From Chloracidobacterium sp. (GTDB lineage: Bacteria > Acidobacteriota > Blastocatellia > Pyrinomonadales > Pyrinomonadaceae): a stretch of DNA of 64,000 bases. This document shows positions 34,306-45,894 of this stretch, one piece after another. Each line of letters begins with the position of its first letter. Position 1 is the first letter of the stretch. The stretch is taken from assembly GCA_016716365.1 (NCBI GenBank), contig JADJWM010000017.1, positions 258,401 through 322,400 on the forward strand, read 5' to 3'. The position numbers and the translations under genes were made by a program. The notes under the pieces are model-generated. The model made no database searches and was not told where the DNA came from. It was given only the letters and a program-made list of their open reading frames with translations.

Positions 34306-35844
34306 TTACTTGGTTGCCGTTAAATTACCTCCCGCCGCGCGAAGGCCTTCATTTGAAATGCGGCGATTAGGATAACGTTTCAGCGCGTTGCGGAAGGCCC
34401 AGGCCGCCTCATCTTTGCGTCCCGCTTCAAGAAGCAGTTCGCCGGCGAGTTCCCATGCGGGCTTCGGCACCGCGGGCGGGCCGTATTCGAAAACCAGCTT
34501 GTCTTCGGCCTCGGCTGCCTCGATCGCCTTCTTTATGCCGCCCTCGCGGTCACCTTCAGCGAAAAGGATCGCGGCGTTCAGGATCTGTTCCATCACGCCC
34601 ATCGCGTTAAGCTCGGTCTGCGAGACCGTTGAGTATCTCGAAACCACGCCTGAGCTGTCCGTCCGTGCGGTTTTACCGGCACTGCGTTCCCGAAGGGCGG
34701 CGAGGCTTTTGCGGGCGGAAGCGAGGTCCTTTCGGCGCACGTACTCCAGCCCTATCGCCAGGTCGTGCCCGGCATAGACGCCGAGCATAGTGATCCCGGT
34801 CCCATCCACCGGTTCGACCAGCGAAGCCGGGCCCTTGCCGCGAGTCTCGACAAGCAACGTCGCACGGCACATCGCGAGATGCGTCCGGGCGTTGGGCGAC
34901 GGGTTCTTTTTCATGTCTTCTTCCAGGATCGCAAGCAGCTTATAGGCCTCGTCGTCGCGGCCCAACTGCGGAAAGGCGTGCACCAGCCAGTGGAGCGGGT
35001 GGTAGCCACCAGAGCCCGCATCCCGTGCCGTTTTCATCGAATCGATGTTCGCTTTGATCGAATCCTCCCACATGCCCAGGGCAAAAAAGATATGCGACGG
35101 CATGTGCTGGGCGTGAGACGCACTTCGCGCGACCGTACCGTAGATGCGCGCAGCACGCAGCCCCAAAGGTGCGTGAGTCGGATCGTCGTAGGCGTGGATC
35201 AGATAATGAAGCGCGCCGGGGTGTCTCGGGTTCTTTTCGTAGATCGTCTCGGCGATCGCTGCCGCACGCATATAATTTTCGGTATTGCGGACCGTTCCGG
35301 TCAGTCCGAGTATCGATAACGAGTAGAATGCACGAGCTTCTACATCGTCCGGAAAACGCTTTGTCAGCACGGCCAACGCGTCCGAATATTTCCGCGCCAC
35401 CTCTTGCTGCGTACCTTCGACAAAAAGCTGTTCGACCGCGTCGAAGTAAAGCTTTTCTCGTTCGGTCGGCGCCTTGGACCGCCTTTCAGCCGGCGTCGGG
35501 GCCAACCGTGCAAGGGCTTCAAGGCCCGCCTGCCGGTTCTGCTCGCCCCAGATACGGTGGTCATGCGTCATCGCCTCGCCCCAGTATGCCATCGCGAAAT
35601 CCGGTGCGAGCCTTGATGCCTCTTGAAACGATCGCCGTGCACGCCCGTATTCGAAACTGTGCAGCAGCAAAACGCCCTCGATAAAATGCTTCTGCGCCTC
35701 CGCGGGACCCGACGTTGGGAAATTTCCCTCGCCAAGGTCGATCTTCCCCGAAGCCGATTCGCTTCCGTGAGAGGCATGGCCCTGGGCCGACAAACTAACG
35801 GCCGCGGCAAGGACAATCGCAAACACCGATATCAGTTTAGTCAT
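34306..35844 (-). CDS. Secreted TPR-like helical repeat protein
   Basis: Signal peptide MTKLISVFAIVLAAAVSLSAQ after a GGGAGA RBS. Helical repeats throughout. Confidence 0.65.
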   Translation of the reverse strand: MTKLISVFAIVLAAAVSLSAQGHASHGSESASGKIDLGEGNFPTSGPAEAQKHFIEGVLLLHSFEYGRARRSFQEASRLAPDFAMAYWGEAMTHDHRIWGEQNRQAGLEALARLAPTPAERRSKAPTEREKLYFDAVEQLFVEGTQQEVARKYSDALAVLTKRFPDDVEARAFYSLSILGLTGTVRNTENYMRAAAIAETIYEKNPRHPGALHYLIHAYDDPTHAPLGLRAARIYGTVARSASHAQHMPSHIFFALGMWEDSIKANIDSMKTARDAGSGGYHPLHWLVHAFPQLGRDDEAYKLLAILEEDMKKNPSPNARTHLAMCRATLLVETRGKGPASLVEPVDGTGITMLGVYAGHDLAIGLEYVRRKDLASARKSLAALRERSAGKTARTDSSGVVSRYSTVSQTELNAMGVMEQILNAAILFAEGDREGGIKKAIEAAEAEDKLVFEYGPPAVPKPAWELAGELLLEAGRKDEAAWAFRNALKRYPNRRISNEGLRAAGGNLTATK

Positions 35845-35951
35845 AGCTTTCTCCCTAAACGCCGGCTGGCCGAACAGGATATGTCGAGTGTCCAAGATTG
35901 TAGCGCAGTTTTGCGGCGGCAGGTCGAGCGTCGGCTTTTTCCGATCTCCGG

Positions 35952-36623
35952 TCAGATGATCTTCGCGGCCCAGTCGGCGGCTACGCGGGCCATTTCATCG
36001 AATACGTCCTCGGTCGACGTCCTTGTTCGCTTGAGGATCTTGTAGCTGTGGTTCGCAGTGTCGATCGTGTGAAGTTTCGCCCGTCGTCCGAGTTGTTTGA
36101 TCGCCGGTTTGAGAAGGTCGAGCGTCGCAAGTTCGTCGCGTGTTCCCGAAAGGAACAGCATCGGTACCTTTATCTTTGAGAGATGCTCGGCGCGTTTCGT
36201 GTCCGGCCGGCCGGGAAGATGCAGAGGGAACGAGAAAAGCACCAGCCCCTTAACGTTCTCGAGCGACTCCTCGCTCTGGGCGGTGGTCGTCATCCGTCCG
36301 CCGAACGAGTGCCCGCCGGCAAGAAGCGGAAGATCGGGTACGGCCTTCGATGCGGCCCTGACGGCATTTCGGATCGTCTCGATGCAGATCGCCGCCGAAT
36401 TTCTCGCCGTGCCGTGCTCTGAATACGGAAAGTTATAGCGAAAGGTCGCGATCCCGCTCTTTGCCAAGGCTTCCGCGATCGCTGCGATCGTCGGGTGCCG
36501 CATGTTCGTGCTCGCCCCGTGCCCGAGCACCAACAAATGCGTTGCCGCTTCCGGCCGCATCAGCAATGCCGACACTTTGCCCTTTTCCTTCGATGCCTCG
36601 AATTTGAGCTCGACCGTTCTCAT
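35952..36623 (-). CDS. Alpha/beta hydrolase (dienelactone hydrolase/KANL3-like)
   Basis: Nucleophile elbow GGHSFGG. About 220 aa from the ATG at 36623. The track start at 36725 is also possible. Confidence 0.7.
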   Translation of the reverse strand: MRTVELKFEASKEKGKVSALLMRPEAATHLLVLGHGASTNMRHPTIAAIAEALAKSGIATFRYNFPYSEHGTARNSAAICIETIRNAVRAASKAVPDLPLLAGGHSFGGRMTTTAQSEESLENVKGLVLFSFPLHLPGRPDTKRAEHLSKIKVPMLFLSGTRDELATLDLLKPAIKQLGRRAKLHTIDTANHSYKILKRTRTSTEDVFDEMARVAADWAAKII

Positions 36624-36761
36624 AACTTTGACCGGGGTTATCGCCGATCCGCAAAGAGCATCGGCCGATCGCTGCATCTTCCACAAGCGTATCCGAGCCA
36701 CCCATCCATGCAAAATCGACATCACATAGTCGTTCTATTTCCGGTGAGAGGTAAATCTGAA

Positions 36762-37277
36762 ATGAAAAATTTGGCGATCGTGAATACTTGCTCCGTGATA
36801 CTCGTCTTGTCGACGGCGGCGTTTGCCCAAGGGTTTTCGGAAATCCCGAATCCCGCGATAGATATGCCCGGTTATCTCAAGCTAGCCGGCGAAGCCGCGA
36901 AACACCGTGAAACGCGACGTGTTACCGAGGATGAGTTTATCCGGATGAGCCGCGATTCCCGGACCGTTATCCTCGACGCGCGCAGTACTGAAAAATTCAA
37001 TGAATTGCATATCAAGGGAGCTGTGAATCTGAGCTTTCCCGATATCACCATCGAGAGCCTTGGCCGCCTGTTCCCTGACAAGAACACGCGGATCCTTATC
37101 TACTGCAACAATAATTTCGAGAATGCCGAGGATCCCTTCCCGAAGAAGATGGCACCGGCATCTTTGAATATCTCGACCTATATCTCGCTTTACACCTACG
37201 GCTACCGAAACGTTTACGAACTCGGGCCGCTTGTGGATATCGGCAAGACGAAACTTGAAATGGTTTCCTCGAATTAG
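36762..37277 (+). CDS. Secreted rhodanese-domain protein
   Basis: Signal peptide MKNLAIVNTCSVILVLSTAAFAQ. VILDARSTEKFNELHIKGAVNL...ILIYCNNN active-site loop. Confidence 0.85.
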   Translation: MKNLAIVNTCSVILVLSTAAFAQGFSEIPNPAIDMPGYLKLAGEAAKHRETRRVTEDEFIRMSRDSRTVILDARSTEKFNELHIKGAVNLSFPDITIESLGRLFPDKNTRILIYCNNNFENAEDPFPKKMAPASLNISTYISLYTYGYRNVYELGPLVDIGKTKLEMVSSN

Positions 37278-37422
37278 GCAGGACCGTTTCGAAATTCCGA
37301 TCCCCGGTCATTGCCACGCCGCCGAATTCTCACGCAGCAAGTTCTCACCGGCTGTCCCGCGTCGAATTCGGCCACCGAGCATCGATCCTGCGGCAGCCGA
37401 AAAACCTAAAACCTGTATCGGA

Positions 37423-38754
37423 TCATCGGAGTCGTTTTACGAGCCAGTCGGCAACGATCTTTAGCACATCCTCACGGATCATCACCGGCGGAGGAAGTTT
37501 CGAATAATTGCCCGCAAAACCATCCGCATCCTCGACAAAAAGATGGTTCAGGCCGGGAAGTATTTTCGCCGTCACGTCCTTGTTTCCGCCTTCCTTAAAT
37601 GCCTTTTCCTGCAGAGGGACCTGTTCAGCCACGGCTTGCTTGTCATTCTCGCCGGTAAGGATCAGAACAGGCGTTTTGACCTTACGCATGGTTGCTGCCG
37701 GATCGTATTCGATGAAATATTTCATCCACGGATCAGCGTCCATCATGCCTTGGATACGTTCCGGTATCTTGGCGGTCAGCTCTGCACGCTTCTCGGGCGT
37801 AAGAGAGGTGTCGTGATCGTAAAGGTTCTTGATCTGAAATGCCAGCGCGCTTCGGGCCGGATCGGCAACACCGGCAAGCAGCACGATGGCTTTCAGGTCA
37901 GGTTCCTTGACGGCGACCATCGGCGTTATCAAGGCTCCTTCGCTGTGGCCGAGCACGCCAAGCCTTTTAGCGTCGATCTCAGTCCGCGTGCGCAAATAGG
38001 CCAGCCCTGCGCGGATATCTTCGGCGAAGTCGGCGCTGGTCGAACCCTTGAACGTTCCGCCAGACTCGCCGGTGCCGCGGTCATCCATTCGCAGCACGGC
38101 GATGCCGCGACGCGAGAGAGCATCTGCGATCTGCCGAAACGGCTTGTATCCTTTTAGCCCCAATTCGCCGTCACGATTTTGCCTTCCCGAACCCGTCACC
38201 GTCACTATGGCAGCGACACGCTTTGACTTGCTGACGGCTTTGGGCAGCGTCAGAGTCCCTGCGAGCGTGTGTCCCATCGGCGTCGTTACGGATACATCTT
38301 CCGCCGTATACGGGGCGTCCGCCGGGGCTGAATAGTCGGGTTTTGGGGTCGGGGAAGGTGTCGGCTTCGGTTTCGGCTCATCAGTTTTCTCGCTCCGTGT
38401 GAAGACCAGCGGTATAACCTGACCGCCCTGATTGAATTTTCCGGCTATCTCCGTGCGATCCTTGTTCAGGCTTCCTTCGTAAACTATCCCTGCGCTCTTT
38501 ATCTCAAACCGAACGTCGTCGCCCGTGACCGTGAACGTGTCGATCGGGATGGTCGCACCCTGGTCGACGCTCTCAAATTTCCCTGCATACGCCCCTATGT
38601 CCGACTTTGTTACGGTCACAACGATCCGCAGCTTCGCCGCACCCGCGTCGAGCACACCGTTCCATTTACCTTCCGGCCCTTTCACTTCCGCTTGGCCGAC
38701 GATCTGAAACGCCAGGCAGAGAAGACAGACTAATACCAACAATTTGTTTTTCAT
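37423..38754 (-). CDS. Secreted alpha/beta hydrolase (S9-like)
   Basis: Signal peptide. GHSEG nucleophile elbow. C-terminal catalytic-domain pattern. Confidence 0.8.
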   Translation of the reverse strand: MKNKLLVLVCLLCLAFQIVGQAEVKGPEGKWNGVLDAGAAKLRIVVTVTKSDIGAYAGKFESVDQGATIPIDTFTVTGDDVRFEIKSAGIVYEGSLNKDRTEIAGKFNQGGQVIPLVFTRSEKTDEPKPKPTPSPTPKPDYSAPADAPYTAEDVSVTTPMGHTLAGTLTLPKAVSKSKRVAAIVTVTGSGRQNRDGELGLKGYKPFRQIADALSRRGIAVLRMDDRGTGESGGTFKGSTSADFAEDIRAGLAYLRTRTEIDAKRLGVLGHSEGALITPMVAVKEPDLKAIVLLAGVADPARSALAFQIKNLYDHDTSLTPEKRAELTAKIPERIQGMMDADPWMKYFIEYDPAATMRKVKTPVLILTGENDKQAVAEQVPLQEKAFKEGGNKDVTAKILPGLNHLFVEDADGFAGNYSKLPPPVMIREDVLKIVADWLVKRLR

Positions 38755-38809
38755 GATCTGTTTTAGGTCCCTACAAAAGACCGGTGAACTTGGTTTCACA
38801 AGCCATCCA

Positions 38810-40150
38810 CTAGGGCTTAGGCGGAAAGTTCTTTCTTAACCCCTGCCAAACATCGGAATATTCATGCTGCAGTTCGGCGCAGTCCATGGCGAACTTCGTC
38901 GGGCGGATGATGTAACGCGACTCGAACATGAACGCGAGCGTGCCTTCAAGCTTTTGCGGTTTCAGATCGGCGTTCGATGCCTTCTCGAATGCGTCGAGGT
39001 CCGGGCCGTGAGCGGACATCTGATTGTGGAGCGAACCGCCGCCGGGAACAAATCCTTCCTCCTTGGCGTCGTACTGGCCGTAGATCAGCCCCATGTACTC
39101 GCTCATTGTATTGCGGTGGTACCACGGCGGGCGGAAGGTGTCTTCGCCGACGAGCCAGCGGTCCGGGAAGATCACGAAATCGCAATTCGCCACGCCCGCT
39201 TCGCCCGATGGGGATGTCAACACCGTGAAGATCGACGGATCCGGATGATCGAACGAGATAGAGCCGATCGTGTTGAACCTCCGCAGATCGTACTTGTACG
39301 GAGCGTAGTTGCCGTGCCAGGCGACGACATCGAGCGGCGAATGATCGATCTCGCAGGACCAAAGATTTCCACCGAACTTCGCCACCTGCTCGAATTTACC
39401 GTCGAGGTCCTCGTACCATGCAACCGGCGTCTCGAAGTCCCGAGGATTTGCCAATCCATTCGCCCCGATCGGTCCCAGGTCCGGAAGCCTGAACTGCGCC
39501 CCGTAGTTCTCGCAGATGTATCCCCGAGCCGCTCTGTCAGTACCACCTGCCGTAGCGGGTGGCGATTTCTCGCCAAGCGACACGCGAAACTTCAACCCCC
39601 TCGGAATACAGCACACCTCACCGGGTGAGACCTCGATCACGCCAAGCTCTGTGTAGATGGTGAGCGACCCCATCTCTGGCACGATCAGCATCTCGCCGTC
39701 GGCGTTGTAGAAATATCGGCCCTCCCTATCGGCGTTGCACGCGTAGATATGGATGCCGATGCCCGCTTGCGAGAACACGTCGCCGTTTCCGGCGATCGTC
39801 GTGATACCGTCGATGAAATCCGTTGGCTCCGAGGGCAGCGGCAGCGGATCCCAGCGAAGCTGATTTGGCGTAACGTCTTCGAGATCAGGTTTGCTCAGCC
39901 AGCGGCCATTGTCGATCCGATCGAACGGCTTGTGCATCACGCTCGGGCGAATGCGGTATGTCCACGTACGTTTGTTATGAACGCGCGGAACCGTAAACGC
40001 CGTGCCCGAAAACTGCTCGGCATAAAGCCCAAGCGGGGCCTTCTGCGGCGAATTTCGCCCGACCGGCAACGCCCCGGCGACCACTTCAGTTGCGAACTCA
40101 TTGCCGAAGCCAGTGTTATATTTCAGATCCATTTCGAAGAAGTTTGCCAC
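38810..40150 (-). CDS. hmgA: Homogentisate 1,2-dioxygenase
   Basis: [26 protein letters not shown] and full-length similarity pattern. Confidence 0.95.
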   Translation of the reverse strand: MANFFEMDLKYNTGFGNEFATEVVAGALPVGRNSPQKAPLGLYAEQFSGTAFTVPRVHNKRTWTYRIRPSVMHKPFDRIDNGRWLSKPDLEDVTPNQLRWDPLPLPSEPTDFIDGITTIAGNGDVFSQAGIGIHIYACNADREGRYFYNADGEMLIVPEMGSLTIYTELGVIEVSPGEVCCIPRGLKFRVSLGEKSPPATAGGTDRAARGYICENYGAQFRLPDLGPIGANGLANPRDFETPVAWYEDLDGKFEQVAKFGGNLWSCEIDHSPLDVVAWHGNYAPYKYDLRRFNTIGSISFDHPDPSIFTVLTSPSGEAGVANCDFVIFPDRWLVGEDTFRPPWYHRNTMSEYMGLIYGQYDAKEEGFVPGGGSLHNQMSAHGPDLDAFEKASNADLKPQKLEGTLAFMFESRYIIRPTKFAMDCAELQHEYSDVWQGLRKNFPPKP

Positions 40151-40194
40151 GAATCGGACGAATTACACGATAAGAGGCCGAATAAAATTCGTGG

Positions 40195-40638
40195 CTAAGT
40201 ATCTAAACGCATTTTACAACTGTCGATGCCCGGGCCGTGTCCATCGGGCGTGTGTTCGACCGTTCGGAAGCCTCGTTTCAAATAGAATCCCTCGGTATGC
40301 TGCGAGGTGTTCAGAACGATCGGGACGCCCGGCCATTTTTCGCGGCTTCGATCCATCCGGAAAAGCGTCATTTCTTTCCCAAGACCCGTTCCGATCAGAT
40401 CATTGCGGACCATTCCCCAGCAAAGCGAGACAGTGTTGTCTTCGTTCAAGGCGATCCCGCCTGCACCGACAACCTCGCCGTCGACTTCGACAACGTAATA
40501 ATCTTCGGCCCGGGTATCGCGCAAAAAGTCGTACAGGCCCTGTTCCTCTTCGGGCCCAAAATACTTTGGAATATTCGAGCGAAACACGGCGATCACCGCG
40601 TCCAGGTCAGCGTCGGCAAAGGGTCGAATTCGTGACAT
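40195..40638 (-). CDS. GNAT-family N-acetyltransferase
   Basis: 147 aa with VVGAGGIAL...GTGLGKEM...GFYLKRGF motifs. Confidence 0.8.
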   Translation of the reverse strand: MSRIRPFADADLDAVIAVFRSNIPKYFGPEEEQGLYDFLRDTRAEDYYVVEVDGEVVGAGGIALNEDNTVSLCWGMVRNDLIGTGLGKEMTLFRMDRSREKWPGVPIVLNTSQHTEGFYLKRGFRTVEHTPDGHGPGIDSCKMRLDT

Positions 40639-40663
40639 TCGTGCAATTCGCGGCCATCAATTC

Positions 40664-41869
40664 TTACAAATTCCCCCGCCGCCGCTGCTCTTCTTCGATC
40701 GAGACGAACAGAGCCTTGAAGTTGCCCTTGCCGAATCCCTTGCAGCCTTTGCGCTGCAGGATCTCGTAAAAGACGGTTGGGCGGTCTTCGACCGGCTTTG
40801 TGAAGATCTGCAGCAGGTAGCCTTCGTCGTCGCGGTCTACCAGGATGCCCAGGCGTTTGAGGTCTTCGATGCTTTCATCTATCGCGCCGACGCGGTCGAT
40901 CACTTCTTCGTAGTAAGTATCGGGCACGCGCAGGAACTCGACGCCGTTCTCCTGAAGCTTCGCGACCGTGTGGCGGATGTCCTTGCAGAGCAGGGCGACG
41001 TGTTGTGCGCCTGCGGAGCGGTAGAAATCGATGTATTCCTGGATCTGTGATTTTCCGCCCTTGCCTTCGGCGGGTTCGTTGATCGGAAATTTGATGTTGT
41101 GCCCGCCGTCGCTCATCACTATGGACATAAGGGCAGAGTACTCGGTGGAGATGTCCTTATCGTCGAACGTGATGTAGCGCTCAAAACCCATCACATCCCG
41201 ATAGAAATCGCACCAGTAATTCATCTTGCCGAGTTCGACATTGCCCACGATGTGATCGACCAGCTGTATGCCGACCTCCTCGCCAGCGACCTCCTGGGCC
41301 GTGAAACCGGGCAGAAACGGGCCCCAATACGCATACTTCTCTTCCGTTTGCGGAGCCGTGCCGGCACCGCCCGACGAGCTCTTGCTCGGACTGCCGACCT
41401 TTGCATAGGAAAGGAACGAGTGGATCGTGTCGCCGTACGTCGCGATCGACGCGTGCCGGACCATACCGTTGTCGTCGCCGTGATCGTGCGGCTCCTCGAC
41501 GGGCCGTGCTCCACGCTTCACAGCTTCGTGGAATGCGTGGTCCGCATCCTCAACCTGGAACGCGATGTCGTGCACGCCGTCGCCGTGCTGCTTTATGTGT
41601 TCGGAACCCGGATGCTCAGGCGATAGAGGTGTGGTCAGGATGAAATTGACACGATTCTGCCGCATCACATAACTCGTCGTCTCGCGATTGCCCGTCTCCA
41701 GCCCCATATAAGCCGCCCGCGAAAACCCGAACGCCTTCCGATAATAAAACTCCGCCTGCTTTGCATTGCCGACGTAAAATTCCACGTGGTGAATTTTCTT
41801 CAATCCAAGCGGATTCTGTATGGCCGTTTTCGTTTCGGTCCTTGTTTCTGTGATCATGATTTTCTTCAA
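40664..41869 (-). CDS. hppD: 4-hydroxyphenylpyruvate dioxygenase
   Basis: Two VOC modules. C-terminal [35 protein letters not shown]. Confidence 0.95.
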   Translation of the reverse strand: MKKIMITETRTETKTAIQNPLGLKKIHHVEFYVGNAKQAEFYYRKAFGFSRAAYMGLETGNRETTSYVMRQNRVNFILTTPLSPEHPGSEHIKQHGDGVHDIAFQVEDADHAFHEAVKRGARPVEEPHDHGDDNGMVRHASIATYGDTIHSFLSYAKVGSPSKSSSGGAGTAPQTEEKYAYWGPFLPGFTAQEVAGEEVGIQLVDHIVGNVELGKMNYWCDFYRDVMGFERYITFDDKDISTEYSALMSIVMSDGGHNIKFPINEPAEGKGGKSQIQEYIDFYRSAGAQHVALLCKDIRHTVAKLQENGVEFLRVPDTYYEEVIDRVGAIDESIEDLKRLGILVDRDDEGYLLQIFTKPVEDRPTVFYEILQRKGCKGFGKGNFKALFVSIEEEQRRRGNL

Positions 41870-41871
41870 TC

Positions 41872-43056
41872 CTATTTGGTCGGTTTCCAGATGACCTTGC
41901 CGGTTTTGTCGATGTAGCCATATTCAGCTTCTCGGAAATTTTTGAAAACATCCTCACCGCCTTTTTGTACCCAGGCCAATCCGTTTTTGAAGCCATTTAC
42001 CATTGCGTACTCTGACGGATACGAAAAAGAGAGAAGAATTCTTCCTGACGTATCAATGAAGCCGAATCCATTCTTTTGAAAGCCGAAGTTTGTGTTGGTG
42101 ATCACTAAAGCGAGACCGGCCGAAAAATTCTCTGCGGTACTGAATTGCGGTTCGATCACGAAATTGCCCAGACGATCGATATAACCGTTATAGGTGTAGT
42201 CTTTCTCACCCTTGACTCCAACAGCGGCCAAGCCTTCCGAGAAGGCAGCCGCATTCTCAGTTTTTTTGGAAAGTTTTATCTTGATCTTGCCGGTTCTATC
42301 GATGTAACTCCACCGTTCTGGCGTATCATTGTTCTTCGACTCGCCAGAATCATCCATGGTGATCACATTCCCACCCTTCTTTACCGCCGCAAGGCCTTCG
42401 CTGAATCCGCCAGCCCAAGTAAAAGCGGGTGCGATCACAAAAGTGCCGGTTCGGTCGATGTAGCCCCATTTGTTTTTCACTCGGACATTCGCGAGGCCCT
42501 CTGAGAATGGCATTGCGCTGTCGAACGTGATCGGGACTATGAGTTTCCCCGTTCTATCGATATACCCGTATTTCCCATTTTCGTGAACGGTTGCCAAGCC
42601 CTCGGAAAAGTCACCTGCATCCCTATACTTTGCTTCAATAACCAATTTCCCGGACTTATCGATGAAGCCGGTCTTGTGGCTACCACTGTTGTGCATTCCG
42701 AACTCACCGAATCCTACTGCGGCCAAGCCTTCAGAAAAATCTCTGGCCATCGGATACTGCGGCTCTACAACAACTTTGCCCGAAGTATCAATGTATCCTT
42801 CTTTATAGCCGTCTTCGTCTGAGGCAACCACTGCAAGGCCTTCTGAAAAATTGTTCGCTCGAGCCCATTTCGGTTGAATTACGATCTTGCCGGTTCGATC
42901 TATATACCCTCGCTTGTTATCGACGATCACCACAAACAAGTCGTCGCCATCGACTGCCTGCGCAAATGCGGGTATAAGCCCAAGGAGAAATATCGTGCTG
43001 AACGCAATCAAAAACAGTCCGTTTCGGAATCTCACTAATTCGAACTTCTCAAACAT
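41872..43056 (-). CDS. WG-repeat (KWG) protein, secreted
   Basis: Many GYID(R/T)(T/S)GK...FSEGLA repeats. ATG at 43056 avoids overlap with the toxin gene. Confidence 0.85.
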   Translation of the reverse strand: MFEKFELVRFRNGLFLIAFSTIFLLGLIPAFAQAVDGDDLFVVIVDNKRGYIDRTGKIVIQPKWARANNFSEGLAVVASDEDGYKEGYIDTSGKVVVEPQYPMARDFSEGLAAVGFGEFGMHNSGSHKTGFIDKSGKLVIEAKYRDAGDFSEGLATVHENGKYGYIDRTGKLIVPITFDSAMPFSEGLANVRVKNKWGYIDRTGTFVIAPAFTWAGGFSEGLAAVKKGGNVITMDDSGESKNNDTPERWSYIDRTGKIKIKLSKKTENAAAFSEGLAAVGVKGEKDYTYNGYIDRLGNFVIEPQFSTAENFSAGLALVITNTNFGFQKNGFGFIDTSGRILLSFSYPSEYAMVNGFKNGLAWVQKGGEDVFKNFREAEYGYIDKTGKVIWKPTK

Positions 43057-43057
43057 T

Positions 43058-43411
43058 TCAGAAACTCTTTCGTACTCGGACGGCTTCCCTAGAAATCGTC
43101 GTAAACGCTGATTCAAGTTCCTCGCCCCGCGACGAGATCACGTTCAGAACGATCTCGATCCGCTCACTCAACGGCAATTCGTAGAGTCTCAAAAAGATGA
43201 CTCCTCGTGATTCAAAGCCGTGCCGAACTACCATTTCGCCGAAGTCTTTGTCATTCGTTATTACGACAGCGTTTTCCCGAACTGCGCGACGCAGAACCTC
43301 GTGGTCGGAGATGCCGGCGTCATACTCATCAAGGAATATGACCTCATGTCCAGCCGCACGAAGCTTCTCGACAAACTCCGGCTCGAAATTTTCATCCGCG
43401 AGCAACTTCAC
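43058..43411 (-). CDS. DUF5615 PIN-like putative toxin
   Basis: MKLLADENFEPEFVEKLRAAGHEV...VITNDKDFGE. ATGA overlap with the upstream DUF433 gene. Confidence 0.75.
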   Translation of the reverse strand: MKLLADENFEPEFVEKLRAAGHEVIFLDEYDAGISDHEVLRRAVRENAVVITNDKDFGEMVVRHGFESRGVIFLRLYELPLSERIEIVLNVISSRGEELESAFTTISREAVRVRKSF

Positions 43412-43659
43412 GCCGCTTCCCTAGCGATCGGAAATACAAAACTCGCGTCCAGCGATCTAGCCGCATATGCGATACAAGCAAGTATCTGCTCACGATGAAG
43501 TCGAGGATGCTGCGCGAGAATTTCTTCGACCGACTCGCCCGCCGCAAGTTTTTCGAGAATCATCTCAACTTTGATTCGGGTCCCCTTAATCACTGGTTTC
43601 CCGACCATTATTTTCGGGTTGATTTCAATGAGTTCTTCCATAGCCTCAGGATACCTCAT
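43408..43659 (-). CDS. DUF433 putative antitoxin
   Basis: GKPVIKGTRIKVEMILEKLAAGESVEEILAQHPRL. Confidence 0.8.
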   Translation of the reverse strand: MRYPEAMEELIEINPKIMVGKPVIKGTRIKVEMILEKLAAGESVEEILAQHPRLHREQILACIAYAARSLDASFVFPIAREAA

Positions 43660-43662
43660 CCG

Positions 43663-44601
<939 letters not shown>

Positions 44602-44805
44602 GGCAGATAGCTGGTTATCCGGGAATAAACAATTGTAATGGATGCAAACGATTTTCTGAATGGGAATCGTTAGTTATTGACGCGGTTCTGCTTTACAATT
44701 TAAGTTTCTTTGATTCAATTGCTTAATAGCATTGGATGGCATTCCTTGCAGCCGGGTCGGATTGACCTGCCGCGACGGGTTTCCGACGCGGCAAATTATC
44801 GAAGA

Positions 44806-45240
44806 ATGATCGACGAGATAGACAGGAATATCTTAAGGGAAGTGCAGGTAGACGCACGGATAAGTTATGCCGAACTCGGCCGCCGGGTCGGGTTGACGAC
44901 ACCGGCGGTGATCGAGCGGGTGCGAAAGCTTGAGGACGCCGGCATCATCACGGGCTATCGAGCGGAGATCGATACTTCGAAGGTTGGCCTGCCGATCACG
45001 GCGTTCGTCCGGATGAGTATCACTGGAGTCGATTACAGCCACATTATCGAAGTGGCTCAGCAGTCGAACGAGGTGCTCGAATGCCACCGAGGTACCGGCG
45101 GGGATTCATTCATAATGAAGGTCGCCGTCGCTTCGGTCGAGCATCTTCAGGAGGTGATCGACCGGCTCACTCCCTACGGCATCACGACGACGACGATAGT
45201 CCTATCATCGCCGGTGAAGCGAAGGATCCTCAATTTTTGA
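44806..45240 (+). CDS. Lrp/AsnC-family transcriptional regulator
   Basis: IDEIDRNILREVQVDARISYAELGRRVGLTTPAVIERVRKLEDAGII plus a C-terminal RAM domain. Divergent from phhA. Confidence 0.9.
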   Translation: MIDEIDRNILREVQVDARISYAELGRRVGLTTPAVIERVRKLEDAGIITGYRAEIDTSKVGLPITAFVRMSITGVDYSHIIEVAQQSNEVLECHRGTGGDSFIMKVAVASVEHLQEVIDRLTPYGITTTTIVLSSPVKRRILNF

Positions 45241-45381
45241 ACGGTACCGAAGGCAAAATTGGTGGAATTGGCGGGTTTTCCACAATATATAGTATCGGAC
45301 TAGAATCTTGCGATCGACCGATCTGCGGGCAATGACGGCCGTCCGGATCCCTGTTCTATTTGCGTTTCCAAGGATCAATTT

Positions 45382-45894
45382 ATGACGGACGAAACCAAAC
45401 TAAGTTCCTACGGAGAGAAAGAGATAGGGATCTTTTTCAATCCGTGGAAACCTGAGGCCGACCCGCAGAGATCTGTAATGGATCTTTATCGCCGGGCTGT
45501 GTGGTACAAGGCGAATCCTCGTTCCGAGGAATATATGCGGACATTGTTTCGCGAACGTTCGCCCGACGGCATTTTCCTTGACGCCCAAAAGGACGAAAAA
45601 TGGGACGCGCACCTGGCGTCGTCCGATTCGGTCGTTTTGCTTTATCCCGATTCGATCGGTATCGGCTTCGAAGAGATCGAATCAAAAGTTGCCGGCAGCA
45701 AACAAAAGTGGGCGACCGTGCGTGTCCTCAACGGGCGGCGCCGCACATTCGTATTGAACGGAAAAACTCGGCGACAGCTTCGATTACGACGTGTGATCGA
45801 GCAAACGATGCTGGGTGAGGCACTTTTTTCAATCGGGTTCCTCGCAGTAACGCCTTTTTTCGTGATCTCCGATCTGCTGCGAGGTAAGAAATGA
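45382..45894 (+). CDS. Hypothetical protein with C-terminal TM helix
   Basis: 170-aa ORF. ATGA overlap with the downstream methyltransferase. Confidence 0.5.
   Translation: MTDETKLSSYGEKEIGIFFNPWKPEADPQRSVMDLYRRAVWYKANPRSEEYMRTLFRERSPDGIFLDAQKDEKWDAHLASSDSVVLLYPDSIGIGFEEIESKVAGSKQKWATVRVLNGRRRTFVLNGKTRRQLRLRRVIEQTMLGEALFSIGFLAVTPFFVISDLLRGKK

Noticed and set aside
44672-44700. Possible sigma70-type promoter TTGACG...TACAAT upstream of the lrp-like gene.
   Set aside because: The spacer between the hexamers is only about 11 nt, and alternative -35 choices are poor. Not reported as a feature.
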